Assembly: GCA_903828955.1 (NCBI GenBank) | Contig: CAIKOA010000016.1 | Span: 10,350-74,349 of the forward strand | Length of the DNA: 64,000 nucleotides | Source: an uncultured Candidatus Micrarchaeota archaeon | GTDB taxonomy: Archaea; Micrarchaeota; Micrarchaeia; Anstonellales; Bilamarchaeaceae | Direction: 5' to 3' | Shown here: one piece after another, positions 8,406-17,634 of the stretch | Layout of the letters: every line of letters starts with the position of its first letter | How positions within the stretch are numbered: position 1 is the first letter of the stretch | The notes under the pieces: model-generated | Databases searched by the model: none | Told to the model about the DNA's origin: nothing | Seen by the model: only the letters and a program-made list of their open reading frames with translations | Program-made: the position numbers and the translations under genes

Positions 8406-9392
8406 ATGGCAGAGAAGGATAGTAAGGATAAAGATAAGGAAAAGGAGAAGTATGTGCTTCCTAAGGAGCTGGAGGACCTCCCCGGAATAGGAGAGGCAAC
8501 CGCGGAAAGGCTCAGGAAGGCAGGCTACACCGACGTCCAGCAGATTGCAGTTGCAAACCCGCATGAGCTTGCAGAGGCAGGGGATTTCGGGGTGGAGGCC
8601 GCAAAGAAATCCATAGAAGCCGCAAAGGAGGCAATCCATACCGGCTTCGAGACCGCAGACGTCATTTTGGAAAGAAGAAAGGACATAAAGAGAATTCCGA
8701 CCGGCTCAAAATCCTTTGATGAACTGCTCGGAGGCGGGGTGGAAACCCAGGCAATCACCGAATGCTTCGGAAAATTCTCCTCTGGGAAGAGCCAGGTTGG
8801 CTTCCAGCTCGCAGTAAACGCGCAGGAAGCCCTTGCAAACGGCTCAGGCCCGGTAAGGGTCCTCTTCATAGACACCGAAAGCACCTTCCGCCCTGAAAGG
8901 ATTGTGCAGATCGCAGAGGGAAAGGGGCTGGACCCGCAGCAGGTAATGAAGAACATTTTGGTTGCAAAAGCCGAGAATTCCGACCACCAAATGATTCTGC
9001 TCGAGAAAGCCGAAGACACGATAAAGAATGAGAACGTGAAGCTGATAATAATCGATTCGCTCACTTCCCACTTCCGCGCGGATTACATGGGGCGGGGCGC
9101 CCTTAGTGAAAGGCAACAGAAGCTCAACAAGCACATCCACGTGCTTCAGAGATATGCGGACAAGTACAACCTTTCCATCTACGTGACCAACCAGGTGATG
9201 GACAATCCGGCGATTCTCTTTGGGGACCCAACCACCCCGATTGGAGGGCATGTGCTTGCGCACGCGGCGACTTACCGCATTTATCTGCGTAAAAGCAAGG
9301 AGAGCAAGAGGATTGCCCGCCTGATAGACAGCCCGTCACTTCCTGAAGGGGAAGCGGTCTTCAAGGTCACAACTGAAGGAATCGGGGATTAA
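8406..9392 (+). CDS. radA: DNA repair and recombination protein RadA
   Basis: N-terminal HhH ([20 protein letters not shown]). Walker [10 protein letters not shown] and Walker [13 protein letters not shown]. Typical RadA length of 328 aa. Confidence 0.95.
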   Translation: MAEKDSKDKDKEKEKYVLPKELEDLPGIGEATAERLRKAGYTDVQQIAVANPHELAEAGDFGVEAAKKSIEAAKEAIHTGFETADVILERRKDIKRIPTGSKSFDELLGGGVETQAITECFGKFSSGKSQVGFQLAVNAQEALANGSGPVRVLFIDTESTFRPERIVQIAEGKGLDPQQVMKNILVAKAENSDHQMILLEKAEDTIKNENVKLIIIDSLTSHFRADYMGRGALSERQQKLNKHIHVLQRYADKYNLSIYVTNQVMDNPAILFGDPTTPIGGHVLAHAATYRIYLRKSKESKRIARLIDSPSLPEGEAVFKVTTEGIGD

Positions 9393-9416
9393 GCCCCCTT
9401 TCTTTATTTGATTTTT

Positions 9417-10742
9417 ATGGATTTTCCGCTTTCCTCTAACCAGCTGGAGTTTCTCGAGCGCTGCGCAGAGGCAAGGCGGGCTTCCTTTTCTTTTAAAAAT
9501 CCACTAATTGTGCATCATTTTGATGCGGATGGCCTTTCTTCCGGGGCGATCGTGCAATCCGCATTCCGCAAAGAGAAGAGAAAATACCGCGCCCTCGCAG
9601 TAAAAAAACTGGATGATGCGCTGATTGAAAAACTAAAATCCGAAGAAGAAATCATATTCGTGGATTTGGGCGGGGGAAATCGGCGCGTAAACGAACTCAA
9701 AGATGTTGTAATTATTGACCACCACCAGACCGAGGGAGTGGAAAAACTCCAGGCAAACCCGATGCTTTTCGGAATCGATGGCGGAATGGAGCTTTCCGCT
9801 GCAGGCAGCGCCGCATTCGTATTCGATATTCACTATGATTTGGGCGTAGTAGGGGCAGTAGGCGACATGGAATATCCCCTGATTGGAATGAACCGCTACC
9901 TTCTCCAGAAAGGAATTGATGCAAAAGAAGTTGAAGCAAAGATAGATTTGCGCATGTATGGAAGGCATTCCCGGCCCCTGGTTGATTTTCTCGCATATTC
10001 CGATGAGCCCTTTATCCCGTCCCTTTCCTACAATCTGCAGAACTGCGAAAAATTCCTCTCGGATTTGAACATCCCGTTGAAAAAAGGCGAAGAATGGAGA
10101 AACTATTCCTCTCTCTCCGTTGAGGAAAAGAAAAAGCTCGTTTCCGCCCTTGCAAAACTGCTCGTAGATAAGGGAATGGGCTGGGCAGCGGAGGAATTAG
10201 TAGGTGAAACCTACCTTCTTCTCAAAAGGGAAAACCAACCCGGAGTTTTTGATGCAAATGAATTCTCCACCGCATTGAATGCATGCGGAAGGCACGGAGC
10301 AGCGGAAATCGGAGTTGGCATCTGCCTGAATGATGAAGGCGCATACGAAAAAGCGCTCTTGCTTCTGCGAAAGCACAAGCTCGCAATAAGGGAGGGAGTC
10401 TCCTTTGCAAAGGAAAACCTGAACGATTTCGGCCCATTCCTCTTCATAGATGCGCGTGGCATAATCGAAGATTCGATTATAGGGATAGTTTGCGGAATGG
10501 TCGGCGCGGGAAAGGGGAAGCCGGTTCTTGGCGCAGCAATTTCCGAAAGCGGAATAAAAATCTCTTCCCGCGGAACTAAGAAGCTAGTAGATGGAGGATT
10601 GAATCTGGGAAAAGTGCTTTCTGTGTCAACACAGAAAGTGGGCGGAGTGGGCGGAGGGCACAGAATCGCCGCAGGCGCAAACATCCCGCAAGGAAAACTC
10701 AACCCCTTCCTCCACGAAGTGGGAACCCAACTTCGGCATTAA
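9417..10742 (+). CDS. DHH/DHHA1 phosphoesterase, RecJ/Cdc45 (GAN)-like
   Basis: DHH motifs VHHFDADGLSSG (DxD), FVDLGGG and VIIDHHQ. DHHA1 motif GGGHRIAAGA near the C-terminus. ATG at 9417; the track start 9408 is TTG. Confidence 0.8.
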   Translation: MDFPLSSNQLEFLERCAEARRASFSFKNPLIVHHFDADGLSSGAIVQSAFRKEKRKYRALAVKKLDDALIEKLKSEEEIIFVDLGGGNRRVNELKDVVIIDHHQTEGVEKLQANPMLFGIDGGMELSAAGSAAFVFDIHYDLGVVGAVGDMEYPLIGMNRYLLQKGIDAKEVEAKIDLRMYGRHSRPLVDFLAYSDEPFIPSLSYNLQNCEKFLSDLNIPLKKGEEWRNYSSLSVEEKKKLVSALAKLLVDKGMGWAAEELVGETYLLLKRENQPGVFDANEFSTALNACGRHGAAEIGVGICLNDEGAYEKALLLLRKHKLAIREGVSFAKENLNDFGPFLFIDARGIIEDSIIGIVCGMVGAGKGKPVLGAAISESGIKISSRGTKKLVDGGLNLGKVLSVSTQKVGGVGGGHRIAAGANIPQGKLNPFLHEVGTQLRH

Positions 10743-11240
10743 ACGAACGTACAAACGTCGAACTACTTCCTTTTTATTCATTTTGTGCTTCTAGTCTGAG
10801 CATGGGCAGGGTTCTAGCAGCTCGCAATTTAGTCCAGCAAGAATACTGCGAGCGCAAGCCGCAGCCCATGCAAAGAACATTTGCGTCCATCGCGGGCGGA
10901 AAGCTTCTTGATGCAAACTGCGATCCGGAAACTTCGAATGCGAAATTGAGGGTGGCGCACCACGTTTCCGAAAAATCCCAGCAGTCATCCCCAAAATGCA
11001 AGGGCCTCTTCTTCACGCACGAGGGAAAATGGAAGCAGGACTGGATGATAAGATGGATTGAGTGGTATAAGTACGTAATCGCATTCACGCGAAAATATCT
11101 CTCAAGCGGAACTGAGAATAATTCGGTTTCATCCCGCGCAGAAAACGCAAAAACAGCATGGTCAAGCTGAATTTCTCATTTTTTGACGTAAAATCACGAT
11201 ATGTTTTTATATTTTGTCTTCTTAGTATGTGCGTGTAGAA

Positions 11241-11549
11241 ATGGGCGCCGTCGAAAAAATAAAGGAGTGGCTTTTCGGAATTCACGAGCGCAAGGAAGAA
11301 AAACAAATAGCAATGAAGCCCGAGGAGCATCTTCACCCCCATGAGCACCAGGTAACTATTTATGAAGAGAAGCCGCCCGCGCTTCTTCATTTGCAGAAGA
11401 AAAAGCCAGCGGAAGCAAAGAAGCCCGCGAAAAAATCTTCCCCCCCAAAGAAGAAAAAAATTCACGCTAGAGTAAAGATAAAAGAGTTGAAAACTATGGC
11501 AAAGAAAAAAACCACCAAAAGAAAAGTGAAGGGAAAAAAGAAGAGGTAA
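11241..11549 (+). CDS. Lysine-rich low-complexity protein (KPAKK-type tail)
   Basis: The ORF ends in KKKPAEAKKPAKKSSPPKKKKIHARVKIKELKTMAKKKTTKRKVKGKKKR. Coding status is uncertain because of the low complexity. Confidence 0.35.
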   Translation: MGAVEKIKEWLFGIHERKEEKQIAMKPEEHLHPHEHQVTIYEEKPPALLHLQKKKPAEAKKPAKKSSPPKKKKIHARVKIKELKTMAKKKTTKRKVKGKKKR

Positions 11550-11553
11550 TTAA

Positions 11554-11649
11554 ATGGTAAAGAGAAAACCCGCAAAAAAGAAGCCGGCAAGGAAGAAGAC
11601 CGTGAAAAGGAAAGCCGCGCACACGAAAAAGTGCGGCTGCTGCCGGTAA
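11554..11649 (+). CDS. 31-aa highly basic micro-ORF ending in CGCCR
   Basis: MVKRKPAKKKPARKKTVKRKAAHTKKCGCCR, starting 5 nt after the previous stop and followed by a T-rich tract. Absent from the ORF track because it is too short. Confidence 0.25.
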   Translation: MVKRKPAKKKPARKKTVKRKAAHTKKCGCCR

Positions 11650-11709
11650 CTTTTTTCTTTTTATTTTTCTCTCCTTATAAAATAATCAAAAACAAGAAAA
11701 AAATTAATT

Positions 11710-12258
11710 CTAGGGAAGAAGGACTGCCGCAGAAATTACGGTCTTCCACTTCCCGTCCGGGCCAACTTCCGCAGTCGAAGTTATGTTGGTTGTCTTGATG
11801 ATCTGCCCGCTCATCTTGAAGTGGTCCTCTTTTGTGTCCCACGCATCATCCGGGTTGAATTCAATCCCCAATGTTGAGGCAAGCATGCTCGCCGCGAGGT
11901 CCTCTGCGAAATCGCCGTTTTCCTTTGCGCCATGTCCATATGAATGGTGCTCGCTCAGGTATCCATGCACGTTCGGGTCCTTTGGGAGCGCAATCCCGAC
12001 CGAAGAGGAGATTTTCCTGCTCGGCTCCTTTGAGCTCAATCTTGAAAGAACCGTGAACACGATCTGCCCGGGCTTCAGCTCCTTCACCCCGTCCTCCCTC
12101 TTTATGAGGGTCGCGTTCGGGGGGAAAATGCTCGAAACGTAAACAAGATTGCAGTGTGCAATGCCGGCATCACGAAGAGCCTGCTCAAAAGAGCCCAGCT
12201 TGCTGTTCGCGGTGCCAATTCCTCTAGTCAGAAAAACTCTGGTCGGCATGAAATTCAT
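11710..12258 (-). CDS. pdaD: Pyruvoyl-dependent arginine decarboxylase
   Basis: MNFMPTRVFLTRGIG...SFEQALRDAGIAHCNLVYVSSIFPP, with VSS as the expected self-cleavage serine site. 182 aa. The 438-aa track ORF is an upstream read-through antisense to the GTPase gene. Confidence 0.85.
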   Translation of the reverse strand: MNFMPTRVFLTRGIGTANSKLGSFEQALRDAGIAHCNLVYVSSIFPPNATLIKREDGVKELKPGQIVFTVLSRLSSKEPSRKISSSVGIALPKDPNVHGYLSEHHSYGHGAKENGDFAEDLAASMLASTLGIEFNPDDAWDTKEDHFKMSGQIIKTTNITSTAEVGPDGKWKTVISAAVLLP

Positions 12259-12319
12259 ATCGATCGATTTCACTATTATGCTAATATATTTAAGAAATTG
12301 AGCCTCACAAATCATTCTT

Positions 12320-13474
12320 ATGGCACTTACGGTGGGCGTGGTGGGAAAGCCAAATGCAGGCAAGAGCACTTTCTTCTCAGCACTCACCATGGCAGAGGCA
12401 AAAATCGCGGCTTTCCCCTTCACGACCCTCGAGCCGAACATAGGAGTCGGATATGTGCGGAAAAAATGCCCGCACCCGGAAGTCGCCCCCGCCTGCAGCC
12501 CCCGCGATTCTTTTTGCAGGAACGGAATCCGCTTCGTGCCGGTAAAGATGATGGATGTTGCAGGTTTGGTCCCTGATGCGCACAAAGGAAGGGGCCTGGG
12601 TTTCCAATTCCTAGACGATCTGATGGCCGCAGATGCGTTCATCCAGGTTGTAGATGCAAGCGGAGCCACTGATTTGGAGGGAAAGCCCGCAACCAACCAC
12701 GACCCTGCGGAAGAAATAGTCTTTCTTCGCGAAGAGCTTTTCCACTGGCTTTTCCAAATCCTTGAAAAAAACTGGAAAAAAGTGCGCCACCGCAACATCT
12801 CCGAGCTTTCCGAAGTATTCAGCGGCCTGAAAATAACCGAAAGCAAGGCAGAATCCTGCGCGCGCAAGCTCAATCTCCCTACAGAGAGGATCGATTGGAA
12901 TGAAGAGCAGAGGTTCGCCTTTGCAAAGGAACTCCTGAACACCCGCCCAATCGTAATCGCGGCAAACAAATGCGACGAAAACCCCGGCTTCGTGGATAAA
13001 ATGAAGCAGAGGTTCCCCGATATCACGATAGTCCCCTGCTCTGCGCTCTACGAGCTTGCCCTCAAGAGGGCGGACAAGGCCGGCGCAATAGACTACCTCC
13101 CCGGTTCATCCTCATTCGAGATAAAGAACGCAAACCCCCCCCAGAAGGAAGCGCTCGCCAAGATTTCCGCATATTTGCAGAAGCACGGAAACACCGGAGT
13201 CCAGCAGGCAATCGAAACCCTAATTTTTGAAAAAATGAACCGGATCGTCGCATTCCCGGTGGAAGATGAGGCAAAATGGTCGGACCGCAAGGGAAACGTG
13301 CTCCCCAATTCCTTCCTCCTTGCGCCAGGAAGCACCGCCCTTGACCTTGCGGAGCAGGTGCACACTGACCTTGCAAAGGGATTCATTTCCGCACTTGATG
13401 CCCGCACAAAAAGAAGGCTCGGCAAAGAACACCAGCTCAAGGATTGCGACGTCATAAAAATATTCTCAAAATAG
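12320..13474 (+). CDS. Obg-like GTPase/ATPase of the YchF/OLA1 (Ygr210-type) group with C-terminal TGS-like domain
   Basis: G1 GKPNAGKST, G2 FPFTTLEPN, G3 MDVAGLV and G4 AANKCD. Divergent from pdaD across a 61-nt spacer carrying ATATATTTAA. Confidence 0.85.
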   Translation: MALTVGVVGKPNAGKSTFFSALTMAEAKIAAFPFTTLEPNIGVGYVRKKCPHPEVAPACSPRDSFCRNGIRFVPVKMMDVAGLVPDAHKGRGLGFQFLDDLMAADAFIQVVDASGATDLEGKPATNHDPAEEIVFLREELFHWLFQILEKNWKKVRHRNISELSEVFSGLKITESKAESCARKLNLPTERIDWNEEQRFAFAKELLNTRPIVIAANKCDENPGFVDKMKQRFPDITIVPCSALYELALKRADKAGAIDYLPGSSSFEIKNANPPQKEALAKISAYLQKHGNTGVQQAIETLIFEKMNRIVAFPVEDEAKWSDRKGNVLPNSFLLAPGSTALDLAEQVHTDLAKGFISALDARTKRRLGKEHQLKDCDVIKIFSK

Positions 13475-13568
13475 CCTCTTTTGGCGCCTTGCGAAGCATT
13501 CCAAAACCCATTAAAAACAGTATGATATGATAATCCTATTCTCAGAACCGTTATCTGAAGGTGTGAAT

Positions 13569-15032
13569 ATGGAAAAGAATTTTATGTTCGTAGCACTGTC
13601 CATACTGGCAGTGGTGCTTGTTGCGCTGGGCATTTTCTACTTTGCCGGCGCAGCAAAAGGAGGGGCCCCCACAGGAGGGGCAGTAACTCCGGTCTCCAAC
13701 CAGACGCAGCAGGCTTCAGCAGAGCAAACACTGTTCTTCGATGCAATACGGGTGCCCGCAAACTACCAGGAGTATTCCTACTCCTATACGGAGAAGGCCT
13801 CAAGCGGCTACTACGACGATGTCCTTCTGGTGAACAAGCCCGGCCTTTCCTATGCGAAGAAGGAAGACGCAATAGTCACAAGGCAGATTTTCATCGTGGA
13901 CAACACCACCACGCTCTGCATGGGGAACATAAACCGCGAGGTTTGCTCAACTCCTCCAAATAACTCAACCCTGGGGCAATACGCATACAAGCTTTCGGCG
14001 CTCCTCTTCAACCCGAAAGCAGTGGAAGCAAACTATCAGATGAACCAGAAGCTTATAGCGTTCGGGGCGCTTAAGATGAACCCCGGCATCCAGGAGAAGG
14101 AATATGATGGAAGGAAATGCAGCCAAATCTCCTACGTAATAGATTACACAAAGCTCACTATCGAGCAGCTGATATCGCTTGGCATGGACACAAGCTCGGC
14201 AGAGCTGCTTATCTCAAAGCAATACAACTTCACCCTCTGCATCGACCCGCAGACCAAGGACGTAGTATACAAGAGGCTCGATTACATGGATCTAGGAAAG
14301 CCCGCGTATACCGAATACTACACTCTCCAGTCCGAGTGGGGCACGAGCACCCCGGTCTCCATGCCTTCAGAAATAGTAAATGATACGGAAATGCTCATGT
14401 TCTACGAGGCAGTCAAGATGAGCGAGCAGAACTTCGTTGCCTGCCTGTCTGACAACGACACGGACTCATGCCTCAGGGCAGAAGCGATTTCAAGCAGGAA
14501 CGAGAAGATCTGCGAATACATAAATGGAACCGACATGAAGGATTCCTGCTATGTGAACATAGGGCTTGCAAATAAGGACACAAGCATTTGCCTGGAAGTA
14601 ACGCCAGCTTATACCGACGACTGCTATATGGAATTTGCATGGAAGTACCTGAACACTTCCTACTGCGACATGATGTCCGCTCCCGAAAAGAAGTCGAACT
14701 GCACAGCGCTTGTTGGGGAGCAAATCCAGAGCAATGAGGAATGGAAATCAAATGAAACCACGGCCCAGCAGAACCAGACCTCCGCAAAGCCTCCGGCAGG
14801 GAACGTGAGCGCAACCGGCGAATGCACAAAGGATTCGGACTGCGTCAAAGCAGGGTGCTCGTCCGAGATTTGCGTGCCGTCAAGCCAGGCGGGGACCATA
14901 ACCCCCTGCATATACAGGTCGGACTACGACTGCCTCCCGCTCTCAAGCTGTGGATGTGCAAACGGCAAGTGCGGATGGGCGCAGAACCCAGAATACTTAA
15001 ATTGTTTGGCTTCAAAGAAGTCAAACGAATAA
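13569..15032 (+). CDS. N-terminally anchored extracellular protein, sequon-rich, with C-terminal 10-Cys module
   Basis: N-terminal TM FMFVALSILAVVLVALGIFYFAG. I count 13 N-x-S/T sequons. The C-terminal module is ECTKDSDCVKAGCSSEICVPSS...CIYRSDYDCLPLSSCGCANGKCGW...NCL. Confidence 0.6.
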   Translation: MEKNFMFVALSILAVVLVALGIFYFAGAAKGGAPTGGAVTPVSNQTQQASAEQTLFFDAIRVPANYQEYSYSYTEKASSGYYDDVLLVNKPGLSYAKKEDAIVTRQIFIVDNTTTLCMGNINREVCSTPPNNSTLGQYAYKLSALLFNPKAVEANYQMNQKLIAFGALKMNPGIQEKEYDGRKCSQISYVIDYTKLTIEQLISLGMDTSSAELLISKQYNFTLCIDPQTKDVVYKRLDYMDLGKPAYTEYYTLQSEWGTSTPVSMPSEIVNDTEMLMFYEAVKMSEQNFVACLSDNDTDSCLRAEAISSRNEKICEYINGTDMKDSCYVNIGLANKDTSICLEVTPAYTDDCYMEFAWKYLNTSYCDMMSAPEKKSNCTALVGEQIQSNEEWKSNETTAQQNQTSAKPPAGNVSATGECTKDSDCVKAGCSSEICVPSSQAGTITPCIYRSDYDCLPLSSCGCANGKCGWAQNPEYLNCLASKKSNE

Positions 15033-15036
15033 ACGG

Positions 15037-15444
15037 GTGATTTTTGTGATAGTTGGAAACAGAATAACCAAGGTTGAAGGGGCAAGGCAGAGCGACGACC
15101 CTCAGAGGCCGTCTAACTTCAAGGTGAACCTGAAGGAAGCAAAGTTCAAGGGTAAATCCGTTGAAGTTACCTACGAATACGCAGTGGAGTACGGGGATAA
15201 CACCGGCTTCATGAAATTCGAAGGGGTGGTCTCCAGCGAAGAGGAGAAAGAGCTGATTGAGGAGCTCAAGAAGGAGTGGAACGAGAAGAAGAGGCTCCCT
15301 CCGAAATATACGGAAATGCTCTTCAACGCAATCAAATACTACGGGGACCTGAGCGGAGTTTTCGTCTCAAGGGTCCTGAACCTTGCGCCGCCGATACAGC
15401 CGCCCCGCTATACAATCAGCGATAAGCCGCCCGAGAAGAAATAA
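15037..15444 (+). CDS. Hypothetical protein
   Basis: 135-aa ORF with a GTG start 5 nt after the previous stop. Charged central segment (SSEEEKELIEELKKEWNEKKR). No family recognised. Confidence 0.45.
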   Translation: MIFVIVGNRITKVEGARQSDDPQRPSNFKVNLKEAKFKGKSVEVTYEYAVEYGDNTGFMKFEGVVSSEEEKELIEELKKEWNEKKRLPPKYTEMLFNAIKYYGDLSGVFVSRVLNLAPPIQPPRYTISDKPPEKK

Positions 15445-16510
15445 CCGCAGCCCCCTTAAGGATAAGGTAGATTGCGTAGCTTTTCGGAACTTCCTTTTCT
15501 TCTTCCTTCTTCATTTTCTCCATTGTTTTGTTTGAGAATTCCTGCTCAGGGATGTCCAGGACCGCCTTTATCTTAACCGGCTCATCCCCGAATGCAACCG
15601 CATCGTTATAGGGATTGAATCCTTCCAGTGTTTTGAGCGTTCTTGCAGCCAATCCGGTTGAGCCGTGAAGTGTATTTGGAACCCGGATAAGCCTCTTCGT
15701 ATCGATAGTTACCCCCGCATCCACATTAATAGTATCAACTTTCAGCCCTTCTGCAACCTCCTCCAGCCTTTCCACTATATCTGAAATAGTGGTCTTGCTC
15801 CAGTTTCCATCTTCCATGCAGGAGCGGAGTTTTGCAGCCTCTTCTTCCTTTTTGAGCCTCCCGTGGATTAATTGCGGCCTTTCCTGCAGGGTTTTCTCAA
15901 CCAGCTTGCAGAGCCTCCCCCGGTATCCCCAGTCTGTCCTCTTCGGGCCCGCAATTTTATATCTGTCTATTCTCCCGAAGAATTTCCTGTAATCCAGCCC
16001 GATTCCGCCCAAATAATCCGCGATTTCCCTTCTCTCGTCTCCTCCCAGCATCCTGTATTCAGGGGAACGCACATGGATGTGGAAGCCTCTTCCTCCCGAG
16101 AAAACAACTGTCATCTCCTCCTTCTTTATTCCGAAATCGGCCTGCAACTGCTCAATTAAGGAGATTGCATCATTCCTTACTTTCTCGATCTCCTCCTTCT
16201 TCATGAACATTCCTGCGTGCATGTCCAAATCAAAGACCAGGTCTCCGCCCCCCCACTCCTTATTTTCCATTGGAGTTGCTTCCGGGTACTTATAGTATGC
16301 AATCGAATGAGAAATGTAGAGCGGCGTATTCCCTATAAGGTAGTTCTTCAACGCCCCGTTGTTCGGGAATCCCATGTGCCTCGCCTCAATCTTCTTCTGG
16401 AAACCCCCTATCCCGAATTCCCTCTGCTCGATTGAAGGCACGGAAATCTCCGCCTTCTGGTAATACTCGGAGAAATTCTTGAGTACAAATGCCCTTTCTG
16501 CCTCATTCAT
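15416..16510 (-). CDS. priS: DNA primase small (catalytic) subunit PriS
   Basis: AEP motifs LVFDLDMH (DxD) and FSGGRGFHIHV. ATG at 16510 forms an ATGA overlap with the priL stop. The upstream track start at 16585 would overlap priL by 79 nt. Confidence 0.9.
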   Translation of the reverse strand: MNEAERAFVLKNFSEYYQKAEISVPSIEQREFGIGGFQKKIEARHMGFPNNGALKNYLIGNTPLYISHSIAYYKYPEATPMENKEWGGGDLVFDLDMHAGMFMKKEEIEKVRNDAISLIEQLQADFGIKKEEMTVVFSGGRGFHIHVRSPEYRMLGGDERREIADYLGGIGLDYRKFFGRIDRYKIAGPKRTDWGYRGRLCKLVEKTLQERPQLIHGRLKKEEEAAKLRSCMEDGNWSKTTISDIVERLEEVAEGLKVDTINVDAGVTIDTKRLIRVPNTLHGSTGLAARTLKTLEGFNPYNDAVAFGDEPVKIKAVLDIPEQEFSNKTMEKMKKEEEKEVPKSYAIYLILKGAAVISSRAAYR

Positions 16511-17418
16511 CTCTTTTTCCACCTCAATGGGTTCCCAACCCTGCAATCGGCCACGCACAGGCCGTAGCTCATCATCATCGTGCACGCAGGCATCTTGTAT
16601 CCCCGGTCGCGCGCATGCTTTATCTGGTATTTGGAAATCCGTTCATCATAATCCGGGAAATTGGAATAGACCTGGTTTATTTTTTCATCCGCCATTCCCT
16701 TGTTGATTAAGTAGACCGCGAGCGCCCACCTTCCCTGATGGCCGAGGTTCTGGTGGCTTTTTGCAACCTCCAATAATTTTTCTATGCACGGGGGGTTGTC
16801 CCCTTCCCTGAAGCTCATCGGAATGGGAACCTGCTTTGGAACCAGTTTCATCAGTTCCGCGGCATATTTCCTCACGCTTTCTGGAGGGTCTTTCAGCGGA
16901 GAGATTTTTTCCGCCTTCGTCTTCACCGCCTCTTCCATTAAACGGATTATCTCGCGGGAATTCACTTCCACAAAGCCGCCCTTTACATTCCGGTTTATCA
17001 GCCTGTAATCTATTGCGCGGGGGGAGAAAGTAAGGAAAGTAGGGAGCGGAACAACGGTTTTCCCTTCAAAAGAAGAAGGAAATATTCCCAATTCCTTCTG
17101 GAGTTTCCTCAAGTTCTCCGCATTCTCCCTTCCCATTGCAGAAGAAGCCCGCTTTGCTTCTGCAACCGCAAACTTATTGATTAGGTATTTATTGTGCAGG
17201 AAGGCGAGCATCATCCTCGCCGCCCCGTACGAGCCGATTTCCGCAAGCTGGTCGGAGATGTGCATCGGGTTTGCATGCACGGATTCCCCTCTGAGTGCGG
17301 AAACAACCCGCGTGACCGCCTTTTCCGCAATGAAATCGCTTATTTCTATATTGTTCTCTTCTATGGCCTGCCGTGCCTCGCTTGTAAATGGATACTTGCA
17401 GGCAAAAAGAAGGTCCAT
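16507..17418 (-). CDS. priL: DNA primase large subunit PriL
   Basis: GDNPPCIEKLL and C-terminal PACTMMMSYGLCVADCRV (Fe-S cluster cysteines). Immediately upstream of, and translationally coupled to, priS. An ACATTTAAAATA TATA box lies about 28 nt before the ATG. Confidence 0.85.
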   Translation of the reverse strand: MDLLFACKYPFTSEARQAIEENNIEISDFIAEKAVTRVVSALRGESVHANPMHISDQLAEIGSYGAARMMLAFLHNKYLINKFAVAEAKRASSAMGRENAENLRKLQKELGIFPSSFEGKTVVPLPTFLTFSPRAIDYRLINRNVKGGFVEVNSREIIRLMEEAVKTKAEKISPLKDPPESVRKYAAELMKLVPKQVPIPMSFREGDNPPCIEKLLEVAKSHQNLGHQGRWALAVYLINKGMADEKINQVYSNFPDYDERISKYQIKHARDRGYKMPACTMMMSYGLCVADCRVGNPLRWKKR

Positions 17419-17506
17419 ATGGGAATATTTGCATTCTTCTTATTTTAAATGTTAGGGGGGTGCCTTTCCGGTGTTATGCGCAGGCGGGAATCTAGCGATT
17501 TCATGG

Positions 17507-17634
17507 AAACAAAGTGCGTAGAAATCGGCTAACGCCGATTATAGTATTTTCGTTCTCCGCGCTTTGTTTGGAAACAAGGCATAGCGAAACCGGCCTGCGC
17601 CGGTTATATTGTTTTGGTTCGCAATGCCTTGTTT
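17507..17634. repeat. Two tandem 63-nt nested-hairpin units (candidate structured RNA or protein-binding DNA)
   Basis: Unit 1 is 17507-17569: outer stem AAACAAAGTGCG/CGCGCTTTGTTT, inner stem AATCGGC-TAAC-GCCGATT. Unit 2 is 17572-17634: outer stem AAACAAGGCAT/ATGCCTTGTTT, inner stem AACCGGC-CTGC-GCCGGTT. The units have the same architecture and 43/63 identity, with four compensatory double substitutions. Confidence 0.45.

Noticed and set aside
12259-13026. Upstream 256 codons of the 438-aa minus-strand ORF 11710..13026
   Set aside because: This part is antisense to the well-supported YchF/OLA1-type GTPase gene (12320..13474) and has Ser/Arg/Phe-rich non-protein-like composition. Arginine decarboxylase homology begins only at MNFMPTRV (12258).
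17501-17580. TGGAAAC motifs (17504-17510, 17569-17575, and also 7974-7980) as possible Orc1/Cdc6 origin recognition boxes, implying a replication origin next to priL or radA
   Set aside because: A 7-mer is expected several times by chance in 64 kb on two strands. No inverted ORB pairs flank an AT-rich unwinding element, no G-string spacing is evident, and no orc1/cdc6 gene is in the window. It is kept only as an alternative reading in the tandem-hairpin finding.
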